Shown here: piece by piece, positions 26,706 through 39,659 of the stretch | Layout: each line of letters begins with the position of its first letter | How positions within the stretch are numbered: position 1 is the stretch's first letter | DNA from: Azolla caroliniana | Lineage: Eukaryota > Plantae > Polypodiophyta | Assembly: GCA_043228905.1 (NCBI GenBank) | Contig: JBHGNT010000001.1 | Location: 22,506,001 to 22,570,000, forward strand | Direction of reading: 5' to 3' | DNA: 64,000 nucleotides | Made by a program: the position numbers and the translations under genes | Notes under the pieces: generated by a model | The model's input: the letters and a program-made list of their open reading frames with translations, nothing else | Told to the model about the DNA's origin: nothing | Databases searched by the model: none

Positions 26706-27097
26706 ACAACAACAACAAAGATAACACACACATAACAGTGTTGCCCTAGTTATATTTATATTTATATCACTTTGGGACTATTTACAAATATGACATCAAT
26801 GGTCACATCTAAACATATTTACTAATATGTTCCTATTCGTTGGTTCATACCGGATCCGGTCGAACTCCTTTTGGATCCATCTGATCCGGTTCCTTCCTTC
26901 GGCCCGTCCGGATCCCATCCGGAGGAACCTGTTTCCCAACAAAAACCCTAATCGGGAAAAACCATAGGAGCCCACTGACTCCGAATAGGATCACTATAGA
27001 GAAGAGGTACAACCGTGTGAGACTCAAAGGCAACGACCTCGAGTTGTACCTTCGCCAACCGGCGGTTACAACAACAAAAGCTTTCTGTAGCTTTCTG

Positions 27098-27173
<76 letters not shown>

Positions 27174-27408
27174 CAACAACAACAAAGATAACACACACAT
27201 AACAGTGTTGCCCTAGTTATATTTATATTTATATCACTTTGGGACTATTTACAAATATGACATCAATGGTCACATCTAAACATATTTACTAATATGTTCC
27301 TATTCGTTGGTTCATACCGGATCCGGTCGGACTCCTTTTGGATCCATCTGATCCGGTGCCTTCCTTCGGCCCGTCCGGATCCCATCCGGAGGAACCTGTT
27401 TCCCAACA
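23525..27408 (-). mobile_element. Non-autonomous copia element F: LTRs 23525-24088 and 26371-26941, plus a tandem partial LTR copy 26942-27408; PR and INT deleted
   Basis: PBS reverse complement TCTGATACCA at 26358-26367; PPT at 24089-24103; gag 'LLLLGSLLDSWGTLVVTL' fused to the pre-RT spacer near 25840; RT 'LLYVDDML'; TSD TTTTG/GTTTG. Confidence 0.88.
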
Positions 27409-27411
27409 GTT

Positions 27412-28114
27412 TGTTAGCAATATGTCCCTCCTATGGGAGAAATCAACAGTCGGTGTCTATTAGAGAAGTCGACAGTTGAACAGAGACAAGTCGAACACTG
27501 GATGGTTGGTCGGATCAACTAGCGAGTCAACGAGGTTGTCAACTACTCTAAATGAGGTAGAGAGAGTTGACTACATTATGGATGCTCCAGGTCAAGGAGA
27601 AGGCTGACTAGTTAGGTTGACTAGATAGCCGACATGGGAGTCGGCTAGTCGGGCCGACTGGAAAATCGTCATAGGAGTTGATCAATCAACTCATCAACTA
27701 AGATTAATAATAATAATGAAAGTGATGTTTGTAAATAGCCCATACTGTGTATGAGTATAAATACACCTAGGGCAAACATATTGTGTGTAGTGAAGAACAT
27801 AACGAAGAGCTTCTGTATAGAGAGTGTGCAAGAAAGAGAGAGACATGAGGGCGCATGAGTAAGCGGCGCCATAGTTGTGTAACAATGGACGCCAAGAGTC
27901 TTATGTAGTTGATACACTTTGTACTGAGAGTGTTGTAATCTGTTCTCCTTTGTACATCTCTGATATAGTGATTCTCTGTTGCCCGTGGTTTTCCCCATTT
28001 TTAGGGTTTCCACGTAAATTTGTGTGCATTGTGTATTTCTCTGTGTATGTGGTGTTTCTGTTTCTGCGTGGGTGGTTTTACAGCATATCCTTCACAGATA
28101 GTCGATCCCTTCCC
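27412..28114 (+). mobile_element. Copia 3' LTR (same family as 4708 and 13816)
   Basis: Starts TGTTAGCAATATGTCCCTCC; GTCGAC-rich U3; ends near GTCGATCCCTTCC. Confidence 0.75.
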
Positions 28115-29978
28115 TTCAAGAACACCTTTCTCCAAGGCGAGCTAGAAGAGGAGGTGTACATGGTACAACCACTCGGCTTCAAGTTGAGATCGCAGCCAAC
28201 TATTGTATGCTGACTCAAAAAACCTCTCTATGGTCTCAAACAAGCGCCTAGAGAATGGCATTCGAAGATAACACAATATCTTCATCAAGTCGGCTTCAAA
28301 ATGTCCAAGTTCGACAATTCCTTGTTTATCCAAAGCAACTCTAGAGGACAAATATTTATCATAATATATGTTGATGACTTGGTAATTGGAGGAGAACACA
28401 TAGCTGATATCAATAATATGAAGATGCTCCTCTCTAACAAATTCAAAATGAAGGACATGAACGAGCTTCACTACTTCCTAGGTATCGAAGTAATTTGGAC
28501 TCTGGACGACATTATGATCTCCCAACGACACTACATCCTCAACTTACTATTCAAGTTCGGGATGACAAAGCACAAACCTATGGCGACCCCTCTCGATCGA
28601 AACCTAAAGCTTGATGCCGACTCAAGCACCATAGAGTGCGAGCCAACACAATATTGGCAACTTGTTGGAAGCCAAATCTACCTCACCATCACCTGACCCG
28701 ACCTCAACTATCCAGTTAGACTCCTTACCCAATTCATGCAGACACCACGCAATATTCATCTAGAATGTGCTAAGCGAGTGTTACGATACGTAAGTGGTGC
28801 GATGGATCACAACATTCTCTATAAGTCGGCAAAGCCAATTCGACTCGAAGGGGGTACATAGATGTCGATTGGACCGGCTACAAAGCCGACAGACGATCAA
28901 CCTCCGAATTCGTCTTCTCCCTCGGCAGTGGAGCCATATCCTGGCGCAGCAAGAAGTAGCCGATAGCGCATTGTCGAGCACAGAGGCCGAATACAAGGCC
29001 GCGGCTGTTACCGCATGTGAAGCCATATGTCTCAAAAGGATTCTAAAGGATTTGGATGTCTCCATCAAAGATCCAATCATGCTCTATTGCGACAACCTCA
29101 ACAGCATGCATTTCGTTCGGAACCTGGTCTTCCATGCTTGAACTAAGCACATTGAGGTATATTATCACTCGATTCAAGAACATGTCCTGATGGGGGATGT
29201 TGACCTCCAACACATCAGTACTAGCCTTCAGACGGTCGACATCTTCACGAAGGCACTTGGGGCTAACAAGCTTCGGCAATTCACGTCGGACCATGGTCTT
29301 TCAACCTTTGACTTTCTGAGCTAGAGGTGGAGTGAGCCGGACACAAACATGGACATCAATGGACGTCACCGAAACTAGACGAACATATAAAGCAGAGTGA
29401 GTCTCACATGATCAAAGCCGAACCCCGACACCACCTAAGCCGATTATCCAACGACCGGAAGTTGAGCTTGAAGGGGTGTGATGAGAATCAAATTCAACTT
29501 CCCCTAGAGTGTGAACACACCTTAGGAATATCCAAGTGTGTGAACACCTCACTACTATGTAACAATAACTAATGTGTCATAGATGTAACTCCAATGACAC
29601 ATAGTTATGAGGTAGTTAAGTTTTCCCCTCTTTCCCGAGAGGTAGTTTTAGTAAGAGAGTGTAGAGAGAAGGTGGCTATATAACCACCTTACCCTCTCCT
29701 TTTTAAAATGTTAGTCGGGTTATCATTCTTGTTAATATACAATTTCCTAATCTTCTGTCTACCTTGTGTCAACTCTATCTCCTCTCCTCATATACACACA
29801 TACATACCTCTAATTCATTTCCGTTGCACACAATCACACTCAATTGTTTACACCCTTCTAGTGGAAGTTGTGATACTCCACAAGTCCTCGATTGGGATTT
29901 TCTTGTCATTCACTTTCTACCTTACCTTCTGTAAATACTTTTGCTTTTTGAGGGTATTTACTTGGGGGTTTCCACACA
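28115..29978 (+). mobile_element. Copia RT-RNase H, PPT and 3' LTR (29479-29978); relative of the 55-60 kb element
   Basis: 'IYVDDLVIGGEH', 'ALSSTEAEYKAAAV', 'YCDNLNS'; PPT AGCTTGAAGGGG then TGATGAGAATCAA. Confidence 0.87.
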
Positions 29979-32900
29979 TTGTAGCCTTCCTATCGTTAAG
30001 ACAAAAATAATGTTGAATTAGAAAATGAATTTTATGATGGACAAAAAGAATAAGAGCTACAAAATTATGTAGAAGACTTCCATTGAACTAAATGATTTGA
30101 CGACATTTAAACCTACCTATGTAGTATCTCTAGTCTTGTGCATGATTGCCACATAGCCATGATGCAATACTCCCCACTTTGTTGCCACATGATTTGTACT
30201 TAATGATCATGTATGGCTATCATATGATGTGTTCCATTAACTAGAATATAGAATGTTGCAATAATGTGAAAATATTTTGAACCATATATAATTGACTATC
30301 TTTTTTTACTTCTAGGTATAGATGGACACCTACCTTTGGATGAGTACAATACAAAATCTCAACTCAAAGTTCCATGCCTTAGGATTTAGAATATTATTCC
30401 TAACTTGCTTTAGGATTTTCTTTACCATTAAATAATAAATCTTAGTCCATTTGAGACTTGTACATTTAAGGTTTGAATCATGCACATATGCTTCTCAACA
30501 ATGGTGCTTGTAACATATAGAAACCTATGGAATCAAACATGATCCCATAGCTATGATGGATTTTTTTCTCATTAAATTATACAACTTCTTGTGTGACATA
30601 CACCATAAAATATGTTTTAAAAGTGCAACAACATGTTCTTATGAACAGTGGTAACATTAGTGGCATTAACATGTTGAAGATGATATATAAGTTGATCTTT
30701 GACTCCATGTCTTCATTGTTGATGCTCTTACTAGTGGGTTGAATTTGTCTTTAGACAAGACAAGACAAGCACGCTCACACAATTTGCTATAAATTTAAGA
30801 GCTTTAAAAGGAATGTATAAATGTTAGACATGTATATATACATGCTTGATTGTCAACTTGAAAGTATATCAGAAGAAAATGACAAAGTTGTAGGAAACTG
30901 TGCTCTTTCTCAAGGCTAGACAAGTAGGCGTACATAATTGTCAACTCCCAATTATCTTGATGAACATATTGGAATCTACTCAAATTAGGTTCTTGTTGAG
31001 AACATAATAATTCTTGTTGGGTACTATGGACAATGGATATTCTTGAGCCAACAATATTCTTTTTGCTATTTGTTGCCAAGGGAAGTAAAGCATATATTCC
31101 TCCCCTAAATACCCACAAGAACATGTACGCCTCTCCTATGTATATTTGAGTCCAATGGTCAACCATAGCTCCTACCATGAAGACGTAGAAATATGCACTC
31201 ATTACTCTTCTTTCTCTTTTGAACATTACAATTTTTGCTCATATTTTTTCATTCTAAACTCTTGAGAACTTCTTACTTTTTTCTATAGCCTATGTATGAC
31301 ATACATAGCCTCAAGGAGCCAATTATTGAAATGGATACTTGCACCCTCATGATATTTTAAGAAACATCAAATGGTCACGATGGGCACAAAGAGTGTCGTT
31401 TCCGAATTGAATTGATGGCTAAGGAAGCAATTTTTCTTACAGGTGTTGAAAGGTTTACTTGGGCATTGAATAGTTAAATTGACAATAAAACACGCTTTTG
31501 GATGAGGGGGAGCATTTGATGTTCATCCTTCATGACTCATGTTAATTATAATGATTAGTGTGCCTTCTCCATCATCTCTAGCAACTGTTGTTGAAACTAC
31601 ACACAAAGTTAAATACATATCATCTTTGTAGGCATGTGATGCCAATGTGAATGGGCATGTATGTATTTTATTATTAGTTACTTTTTTAAAAATTCTTTGG
31701 ATATCCACGTAACTATTTGAAGGCCTTCTTTTATTTGTGTTGCCTTCCATCTACATTTTCCAAGATAACATGAGCCCTAGGAACCTTGGGAACCCTTCGG
31801 GCCTCTAGTTTCCATACCTTTGCTTCTTTGAAATATTCATGTACGGTGTAATGAATCTCAATGCCTTCACCTTATTGTGTATGACTTGTAGATGGCTTCT
31901 CAAGAATTAATGAGTGCTAAAAATCGTTCGGTACCTGATAGCCCCTTAGGTTATGGAAGTCTTTCAGATAATATATATTCTACAAACATTCTACAAACAG
32001 CATTGTTGAGGAAGCATTATCTATGCAGGGTAAAAAAACAAGCTAAATGAAATCATTGGGAACCTACAATATCCTGTAGTAATTTCATTACATAAATAAG
32101 CAAACCGTCTTTGTTTTGCTTGAATGTACCTAGATGTGACTTATCTTTGCTTTGTAGGTTTATTATTTGCCAATGACAATGATGATTAAACTTAAATTGA
32201 GGCTTAGCTATACAAATGTTTTTAACATACCATATTGATAGCATAGTACTCTACTTAACTATGCCTAAATTGCAACAAAGAGTGGTATGATTATTTTTAC
32301 CAATGAAAATAGAGGTTATGATTAAATCTTTGGTTATAGTGCTTCGGATCAAAGTTGTGAATTTTCCACATTACATGGATTCCAAACTTCTTTGTTGGTT
32401 TTATTCCAATGATCACTTTCTTAAGTGTGTGCTTGCAAGGTTTCTTAATGACGTTATAAGCAAAAAGGTCGAATTCGCCAATTTGTCATACGATAAAACA
32501 CGTGCTCCACTAAATTACAAAAAGATAGCTTTTGCATAGAATACAATTGTTGGCAGCATCTTCTACTCGTGCATTAATGAGGTTGAGATAATGTCGAGGA
32601 CATAAATGAATGTAACACATGGCAATCATTGAATACTCACACACCCAGCTATTTGAATAACCTTCTTCATCGCTAATATAGTTTCCATTCAAATTAGATC
32701 ATAATGTATGGCAACTACATATCGGGGTATCTCATCACTATAAAACCTCAAAAGAACATGCCGTACATGTAAATGGAATGTTTAAATTTAAAGGTGGAAC
32801 AATGTAAATTATCCATAAAGTATTGTTGGGTTTTTTTAATGACAACGGAATATCCAATAGTGTAGTTCTCACAAGCGCTAGTGTTTTGAATGAATGTTGT

Positions 32901-35900
32901 GGTTTACTATTATGATGAGCTAATCGATACAACCACATCATGGTGTACTTTGAGGCTATAACCCATGACATGTTGATCATGTTTAATCAAGTTGTATAAT
33001 AAGTATTTTCAAAACAATATTAACAATGGATACGGTTGTAAACTAACTTCCTTAAACGTGAGCTTTTGACATGCAATGGAGAGCTATTGAAAGCATGATT
33101 TTCCTCTCCACGACCTATCCATTGTCATTATGACCACCCTTGAGCTTTTCTTTACTTCACATAATGTCCTTGAATTTTCCTTATTTCCCCAATATGGTCA
33201 ACCTCAAGAAGAGAAATTATATGTGGTAGTCCAAAATGGTTGATTTACGTCATACCCTTTCCATAATTATAAGTGCTCTTTCAAAAATGATGTGGTGTGT
33301 TCATCCCCTTTTGATAGTTGATCAAGGGTGTGGGGAAATAATGCTAGGTAAGGGGCACTTGGGGAAATGAAGAGGATTTTAGGTCTACTTTTTATAATGA
33401 ACCATAGTGCTTAAGAGTTGTTGAACCCACGGGCCACAACCTTAGTATTGTAAACCACACTTTTATAAGTTAAGATACGTGGTTTAGGAAGCTAAGATAT
33501 TGCATCAATGTGTAGTAACTTGTTAGTTCATAAGGACATTTTGCAAAAACCATTGCTTCCATTTTGGCAATAGAATATGAGTGTTAAGGATTTCTCCCCC
33601 AAATATAACTCAACCCCCCTTAAGCAATTTGAGTTGTTAATCATGATGTCAATTCATCCCCTTTTTCTTAGTTGTGTGCTATATTCTCGAGCCATGCTCT
33701 TCTTTGCCTTTCAAGGGTTGGGAAGGGGTTGTGATGAGGAACCCTTTTCTCTATTATACAATTTGGATGAATTCCGATGGTATGAAAGATTGGCTTGGAA
33801 GGCTTCGATATGTTTTGCAATTACATTTCAAATGTCAATTATTTAACACAAAGGGTTCTATGTTGCGATTTGGATGAGTTATAATAATATGAATTTTGCC
33901 TTGGAGGCATCAATATGTTTTATTACTACATTCAAATGTACTTATACTAAGTTCTAATAATATGAAGATTGGCATGGAATCTTTAGAGTGTTTTGTTATG
34001 CATTTGCATTTCCAATGTCAATTGTTTAATACTTGGACTTCTATTATGTCATTTTGATGAATTGTGCAATATGGATGTGGACTCATGAGTGTTGGAAAGT
34101 TTGTTATTTAATTTCAAATGGCAATTTAATAAGTAAGAAACTTGGATAAGTTTTGTAACATGAATATTGACCTTGAATTAAGACCTAGAATCATGGATGG
34201 GTCATGGATAGGAAAAGGCACATTTTTAAAACTTCACAAATGGGTCAATATGTTTGCTTCATTGAACAATGCTCACCTCTCAATCTAAGAAGTGTGCCAT
34301 CACTTGGGCACCAAAGGCATTCCCCAACTTTAGTAAATCAACTTTGCCAATAACCATAAAAGTTCACAAAGTAACATTTATTTACTACTTAACCAATTTG
34401 AGTATGCCTAATTTATCCAATTCAAGAAATTTATTAACATGTTGGATTTGAATCTATTTCGACTTCCCTCAAAGAGTAAAGTTTGAACAATTACTAGAGT
34501 CTAGTGCATTGTTAGTAAACTCGTGAAATGATGATAATGAGATGTTAAGATCAAAATGCTTATCTTATTCATAGATAAGCCTTCTTGAAATTTACAGTCA
34601 ATGATTGATTATTGACATGATGGTAAATGACTAGTTTATTGTATTGTGGGTGGTAGTTGCAATGTCTAGACAAAGAAATTTTGATACATCCCACATTAAA
34701 AGAATGCCAAATGGATTTTATGTATTGACTCGTGTCAAAGTTAAATTTTCCATTGCAATATTTGGCCTTTCATCATTTGTGAACATTGCTATCACATTTT
34801 TATAGATATGTGCTCACTTCATTAATTTCACTTTGACTGAAACTAGTCATGAGTTGAGTTTACAATGAAGCAAGGGAATTTTACAATGAACCCAAAGAGT
34901 TCAAAGAGACGGATATGGCCATGTATGTGTAATACAACTCATGCGTTCAACCCCTACATTCCTTTGTGGCATGTTAGTAAAGAAATGCAAGCAATGAGAT
35001 TATGGATCGGGTGCATTGGTTAAAATAGGTCATGGCTTACCAATAGTGTACAACCCTAACCGGGGATAAAATGATCATGGGTCAGAGGGTTCAATGCAAG
35101 GTAGGAGACGACATGGCCCAAGAAAAGAACTTGGACTAATTATTCTAACAAGCTAGGTTGTAAAAATGGATCATGTTCTCTTATTTTTAGTATTCTCTTG
35201 CAATCACAAATGTGGAAATTCACTTGTTCATCACTGATGCAAATTATCCATAAACCATGCCCACAAGCAGACTCATGAACACAAACAAAGAAACTCATTC
35301 AATTATTAAGTTGCTCTCTTTTCTTCATTCCTTCACCTTCCAATATAATCGTGCCCTTCACCATGTCAAGCATGGCACCTCTTTGATCTTTCAACCATTT
35401 TTCTTTGCTCTTACATAAGTCGAATCATGGACAAAAAAAAAAGTATGAATGTTACTAGTGTACGTATTTTGCTTGTACTACATGAACTCATGATTAACTT
35501 GTTTACTAAATGCCATGAGTCACTAATATCTATGCATCCCTTCTCGTCAATTTTAAATCTCCTTTTAAGTCACACAGTAATGGCTCTCCAACACTACGAA
35601 AGGGTAAGCTACCTAATGTGGGATAAATACAAAAAGGGAAGAGGAGGATCCATGTTTGTTTGGATCATGTGCAATATGCAAGAAAACTTCTTAGAAGTGA
35701 AATAATGGAGAACATGGACATTGGGCTTTTTGAAGTTTTCTCTCGGCCTCTTCTTACATAACTTCCTCTCTATCAACACAATAGAAAGAGATAGGCTAGG
35801 TTACACTACATCTCCATTACTATTTCTTCTAATTAATTTCTTGCATACTATTATCACCCTTCCTAATTACAATACACACCAACATGCCCCTATCTTGTTG

Positions 35901-36689
35901 GGTATTCACGTAACACCATTCTAGATATATGCAATTCAAAGCATTGAGCAAAAAAATTTATTGCATAAGATACACTATGACATGTAGGCATAACCATAGG
36001 TAGTGTACATATTATTAGGGCATGCCATTACTGCATATTTGACATTGGGAATCCGTGCCCAACCACAATGGCCAAAGCTCACATCTTTAACCTATAAACA
36101 CAAGATGCCATTGAAAATAAACAAAGTATGAACCAAAAGGTTCAATTCTCTTTCTATTGTTTGTGATGTTTCCACCATAGATGGCCGAGATGAACACACT
36201 GGCCCCATTAGGACGTGTCCCGACTCCCCATATATACACAAAGTATATGAAGAAAGAAAGAGCAATATATGTTTTTGTAATTGAGGGTTATCGGAACCAC
36301 TTGTTGAAGTGTCATATCAGTCAATCCAAAGTGTTAAACATAATAATTCTTGATTATTGACCTTTTGATCTACCACATGTCGATTTTTGAATGAACTCAC
36401 TATCATAATATGGGTTCATTATAAAATAATGTCGGGTGAGTGATGAAAAGCAATATAGTGCGAGTCATCATGTAGTGAGAAAAATGTTAAGTGGGATGCA
36501 TACAATGGATCCATTGTAAACGCAAATCGATGGAAGTGTGCAAAAACTAGAATCAATCTTGTTAAATAAAGCCCACTATCCATGGGAGAGCCATATATCA
36601 CGCCTCTACTTACATCAAGATCTCTTTCGCTCGATGCCTTAGGAAAATCCCATAACGTTTACGAGTTTAGAGTAGAGATATCTCTCTCT

Positions 36690-36858
36690 TAGTTAACTTT
36701 ATTTTATTTTTATTTTCGATGATGATTGGGTACACATCCGATTATTGTAATCAATTGTCTCATGGGCCAAATTTGGTCTTACAAGACATTGATATAGCTT
36801 TCTTTCTTTCCATCTTTCTTTCTCCATTGTTCTCTTTCTCTCTCTCTCTCTCTCTCTC
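36690..36858 (+). mobile_element. 3' UTR remnant of the RTE-X-like LINE family with TC-rich tail
   Basis: TGATGATTGG...TGTAA..TGTCTCATGGGCCAAATTTGGTC..AAGAC..TCTTTCTTTC aligns to the reverse complement of 9072-9200. Confidence 0.75.
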
Positions 36859-38152
36859 AAATTCAAGAGCCATGAACCAAGTTTCAACATTTTTCCACCA
36901 ATATATCACACTGATTCTTGTCTATTGGTGAAATGTTTAGAAGGGGGGCAATGGCTCTTTGAGTTTTGGAAGAAAACAACCCACTCAAAACAATATTAGA
37001 TGGATAGGAGCACATGGAAACATTGATTTACATGTGATATCAATACGAGCAAAGACACCAATATGTCATGTGATATATATATGTATGTATATATATTATA
37101 ATACCAAACAAGAGATTACACATTTTGCGAGAGAGACGAAGGGAGGGAAGGAGGACGGCTGTGACATACATATAAAGCTTTAAGTACATATATAAAGAAA
37201 GAAAGTGCTAATGTCATAATGGGAAGGCTCCTTAATCTTTTTTTTTAAGGTGAGTCGTGTACTTGGTTGGAACGGAACTTCATCCCCCCCTAACTTAGCT
37301 GAGTTGAGAGCACCTTTTCTGCACCAGCTATGTATACATATATATACATATATATATATGTACTTATAGGCCATTTTGGCCTCTTAAAAGACGTTAATCT
37401 CTCTCTCTTTCTTTCATTATGTGTGTGTCATCTGGCTTTTAAAGCCATTTTTTCTTTGAAGGTCGTCATCGTCACGCATGTAAAATTGTTTAACCCCCCC
37501 CCCCCCCCCCAACAAAAAAGAGAGAGGTAAATTCCTCTCCTCTTCTCTCTCTCTCTCTCTCTCTCTTTCTTCTTCTTCTACTGTATAATATGTACATACA
37601 TACATACATATACATATATATAATACAATAATATACTCTCTCTACTCTACTCTATTCTACTCTCCCATTCCTTCCTTTTTTTTTTAAGGTCCGCCACTCT
37701 TCTCTCTCTCTCTCTCTGGCTTTCACTGTCTCCCTCCCTCCCGTCTCGTCTCTTCTTCAACCTCATTCTCTCTCATTCAAACCCATAAGCTTCTTTCCAT
37801 CGTCGCCATCACCCATCACTCATCACCCTCCCTCCCGAGTCCCTATTACATACATACTTATTATATCACCTTCTCATCTCCCTCACCCCCACATGAAATG
37901 CGCGAGGTTTCGTATAAGCAAAAGAATACACACACACACAGACAGTGAAGAAGAAGCAGAAGAAGAAGAAGAAGAAGAGGAAGGGGGCTTGCTTATACGC
38001 AAAAGAATGGGTGCGCCATTGAAGAATCGCTGAATATAGATAGACAGATAGATATATGATGTATGTGCCATGAATGAGTAAGTAAGTACCCTAGGGGAGT
38101 GCTTCCTTCCTACTACACCTAAGCTCCTCCTCCTCCTCCTGCTGCTGCTGCA

Positions 38153-38220
38153 GAAGAAGAAGAAGAAGAAGAAGAAGAAGAAGAAGAAGAAGAAGAAGAA
38201 GAAGAAGAAGAAGAAGAAGA
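38153..38220. repeat. (GAA)n microsatellite, about 22 units, in the putative MYB 5' leader
   Basis: Perfect GAA run. Confidence 0.95.
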
Positions 38221-38973
38221 GGTGCTCTCAACTCAGAGGTGCTATTTCTTCTTTCGTTTTGTCTACATTCTTTTCATTTTTAGTGGGGTGTGGGGGGTTT
38301 GTCAGAGAACGAACATCCACACTTTCTCTGCTCTGCTGTGTAGAAAAATTAGGGTCTATTTAAATGATCGGTGCATCAGGGGACTGTAGAAGCCAATTCG
38401 CCTCTCAATTCATCTTATGTGTCTGTCTTTTCTCTACGTTTTCCCAGAGGCCTGTAACAGCGCCCTTGTCGATTCTTTCTCTGCACAGCACATAAATTGG
38501 GGTTCTCTTAGCTTATACACCTCACGACATGCTTTAACTCACACCATATTGATATTGGGGTTTGTGTTACAGAGACTTCTGACACAGAAGGAGGAATCTA
38601 ATTCGATTTTTTAGGGCTATCCTGCAGGTCCTACATCATCTTCCCATTCCCATTCCCATTCCCATTCCCATTCCCATTCCCATAGCCCCTATACGATAAG
38701 AACTTTGAGGATTTAATCCACGTTTTCTATAAAATAATTTAGGTCTGATGCTAATTCTAGCTTTGATAACTGTCTGTCTCGTTTTGCCCAAAATTCACAT
38801 CTGATAAGAAATCTCTCCTGCCCACCGTAGGTGATTATCTCCTCCCTCTGTTAAAGAGATCGATAGTAAGCGAGCTATTGGTCTCGTTCTCGATCAAAGA
38901 CAAAGATTCATTGAGGGCCATCACCATCGCCTTTCTCTTCTGATTCAGGCTATCTATCCCTTAGTCTCATCCA

Positions 38974-39618
38974 ATGAATAATATGGATATGCAGCTTGGC
39001 GATGGTTTCCATTCGCTGTACAATATCCCATCAGCGATGGCCCAGAATCGGTCAGTGATTATACAGAAAGAGCAACAAACTAATAATGTAAACAGCCATG
39101 GTAGATTTGATCAGAGCATGCAGATTAAGCAGAAGCAGAAGCAGAAGCAGGATATTCAGCAAGCGGATCAGGAGAATCGTTATCATAATGATAATGGTAA
39201 TCATAACCACCACCAACACCAACATCAACATCAACATCAAATTCACAATCAGAATAAAAATCATCAAGAATTATTTAATGGTGCAGATCAAGAGCATTAT
39301 GAAGAGGAAGAGGACGAAGAAGAAGAAGACGAAGAAGAAGCTCACGGAGAAGAAGCTATGGCGCCTCTAAAGAAAGGACCATGGACTGCAGAAGAAGATG
39401 CGTTACTGCTGTCGTATGTGAGCACGCACGGTGATGGGAACTGGAACACTGTGCAGAAGTACTCTGGCGTTTCTAGGAACGGGAAGAGCTGTCGCCTTCG
39501 ATGGACTAACCATCTGCGTCCCCATCTGAAAAAAGGAGCATTCTCTGCAGAAGAAGAACGCATCATCATCGAACAGCATGCTGCCATCGGCAACAGATGG
39601 TCTCGAATCGCAGCCATG
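38974..39618 (+). CDS. GAMYB: GAMYB-like R2R3-MYB transcription factor, coding exon 1
   Basis: Q/H/E-rich N-terminus then '[14 protein letters not shown]...[33 protein letters not shown]...[10 protein letters not shown]'; donor ATG|GTAACT at 39618/39619, phase 0. The exact start ATG is less certain. Confidence 0.92.
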
Positions 39619-39659
39619 GTAACTTGTTTTCATCACCTGCTCCTATTTCCTTTCTTATT

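Noticed and set aside
26143-27202. ORFs with RERERE or LSLSLS runs
   Set aside because: Translations of LTR (CT)n microsatellites; only the gag start near 26323 is real coding remnant.
30000-36400. Short ORFs in the AT-rich intergenic stretch, possibly a decayed transposase or gene
   Set aside because: No recognisable motif, TIR or splice structure by eye; a translated profile search would be needed.
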